Shown: positions 62,708-64,000 of the stretch, piece after piece | How the letters are laid out: each line of letters begins with the position of its first letter | Numbering within the stretch: position 1 is the stretch's first letter | Assembly (NCBI GenBank): GCA_963783385.1 | Contig: CAWANJ010000001.1 | Span: forward strand, 256,001-320,000 | Direction: 5' to 3' | From: an uncultured Gemmatimonadales bacterium | GTDB taxonomy: Bacteria; Gemmatimonadota; Gemmatimonadetes; Palauibacterales; Palauibacteraceae | DNA: 64,000 nucleotides | The notes under the pieces: model-generated | Seen by the model: the letters and a program-made list of their open reading frames with translations, nothing else | Told to the model about the DNA's origin: nothing | Database searches by the model: none | Translations under genes and position numbers: made by a program

Positions 62708-64000
62708 TCACTCCAGCAGGTCGGGATGGAGGCGCTCGCGGATTCGCTCCGCGTGCGCCGCGTCGTGCTGGGCTACCGCCCGCACGAGCTGGTGCAGCGC
62801 CACCGGGTCGCCGTCCACCGTGCCCCGGGCGAGCCACGCGGCGATGGGCGCGCCCTCGAGCGCCCGGACGGTGCGGGCGCGCTCGCCGGCGAACACCAGG
62901 AGGAGCTCGGCGATCGAGCGATCGCCGCCGGGCGGCTCCGGGTCCGGCGGCCAGTCCGGGAAGTCGAGCGACGGGTCCTCCGTCTCCGTCTCCGTCGCCG
63001 AGGCGATCAGCGCCTCGATGCGGGGCCGGTAGGCCTCCCGCTCGGACTGCACCAGGTGGGCGACGTGCTGCGCCGGCGTCCAGCGTCCCGTCGTCCGGCC
63101 CGGACCCGTGGCGGCCGCCCACGCCTCGCAGGCCGCGCGCACGCGCTCCGGGCCGGCCGCCAACCTGCCGGCCAGGACCTCCGCTTCCCCTCCCCCCAGG
63201 TCGTCGGAATAGCAGGCATAGTAGGGAACGTGCTCGGCCCCGCTGAAGCGCTCGACGACGCGGGATAGGTGACCGCCGCACGCGTCCAGCACCCGCTCGG
63301 CCACCGCTCGCTCCACGCCCAGCTCGTGCATGGCGATAGCGGTCTTCACGGAGCCGCCCGCGCGCACGAGGAGACTCCGGGCGGCATCGCCGGTGAGGTC
63401 GCACACGACCTCGAGAATGCCCAGCGCCCTCCGCACGAGCTTCCGGCTCCCGGCCCGGAGGTCCACCATGAGGTTGCCGTACACCTTGCCCAGCCGGACC
63501 ATGACGCCGGTCGAGAGGGTGTTGAGCACCAGCTTGGTGGCGGTCCCCGCCTTCATGCGGGTCGATCCGGCCACGACCTCCGGGCCCACGATCGGTGTGA
63601 CCAGGTGATCGGCGACGCGGCGCATCGCCTCGGGAGGCGGCGTGCAGCTCACGAATCCGGTCCCGGCGCCCGCCGCGTCGGCCTCCTCGAGGGCCGCCCG
63701 CACGTAGGGCGTGGTTCCGGAGGTGGCGATCCCGAGGACGAAGTCCGCCGGCCCGATGCCAGCCGCCCGCACGTCCTGCCGGCCGGCCGACTCGTCGTCC
63801 TCGGCCCCTTCGCGGCTGCGCCACAGCGCTTCCCGCCCCCCCGCGATGAGACCGAGCACGAGGCCCGGCTCGGTCCCGAAGGTGGGGGGGCACTCGGCGG
63901 CGTCCAGCACGCCCAGGCGGCCGCTCGTCCCGGCGCCCACGTACACGAGCCGCCCTCCGGAGGCGAGCCGGTCCGCCACCTCCTCGACCAGCCCCGCGAT
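62708..64000 (-). CDS. murQ: N-acetylmuramic acid 6-phosphate etherase fused to a C-terminal DinB-like domain (5' end outside the window)
   Basis: GAGTSGRLG, ECPPTFG, EGAED, GSTRMKAGTA, GNLMVD; then about 170 extra aa with WTPAQHVAHL and QHDAAH. Confidence 0.92.
   Translation of the reverse strand: MAGLVEEVADRLASGGRLVYVGAGTSGRLGVLDAAECPPTFGTEPGLVLGLIAGGREALWRSREGAEDDESAGRQDVRAAGIGPADFVLGIATSGTTPYVRAALEEADAAGAGTGFVSCTPPPEAMRRVADHLVTPIVGPEVVAGSTRMKAGTATKLVLNTLSTGVMVRLGKVYGNLMVDLRAGSRKLVRRALGILEVVCDLTGDAARSLLVRAGGSVKTAIAMHELGVERAVAERVLDACGGHLSRVVERFSGAEHVPYYACYSDDLGGGEAEVLAGRLAAGPERVRAACEAWAAATGPGRTTGRWTPAQHVAHLVQSEREAYRPRIEALIASATETETEDPSLDFPDWPPDPEPPGGDRSIAELLLVFAGERARTVRALEGAPIAAWLARGTVDGDPVALHQLVRAVAQHDAAHAERIRERLHPDLLE

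Overview
Very GC-rich bacterial chromosomal segment (visually >70% GC), probably Gemmatimonadota-like; that placement is inferred from gene content and order, not tested. It holds about 60 tightly packed genes, mostly on the minus strand. Identified housekeeping genes include glmS/glmM, purD, mutM, lepA, pyk, rpsU, ispG, class II RNR nrdJ and murQ-anmK-nagZ-amidase peptidoglycan recycling. Also present: an ECF sigma operon, a sigma54 two-component system with a lipoprotein, a Gld-type ABC transporter and assorted enzymes. No rRNA, tRNA, CRISPR, prophage or active IS was seen. ispG and nrdJ each carry a single-base insertion, probably assembly errors. Highlights: (1) an unannotated 63-aa ORF whose promoter copies the nrdJ promoter (TTGACC-17-TAnnnT with two NrdR-like boxes 32 bp apart), a candidate new NrdR-regulon small protein; (2) an intact IS200/Y1 TnpA homologue with its catalytic residues substituted; (3) a recurring GAAAC-N17-CGTA ECF promoter defining a local regulon; (4) a HATPase + STAS-wHTH partner-switch-like pair; (5) a HisKA protein lacking ATPase motifs; (6) a GlrK/QseG/GlrR-like trio facing a sigma54-driven orphan FeoA gene; (7) a MurQ-DinB fusion; (8) DnaA-box-like repeats in the nrdJ leader.
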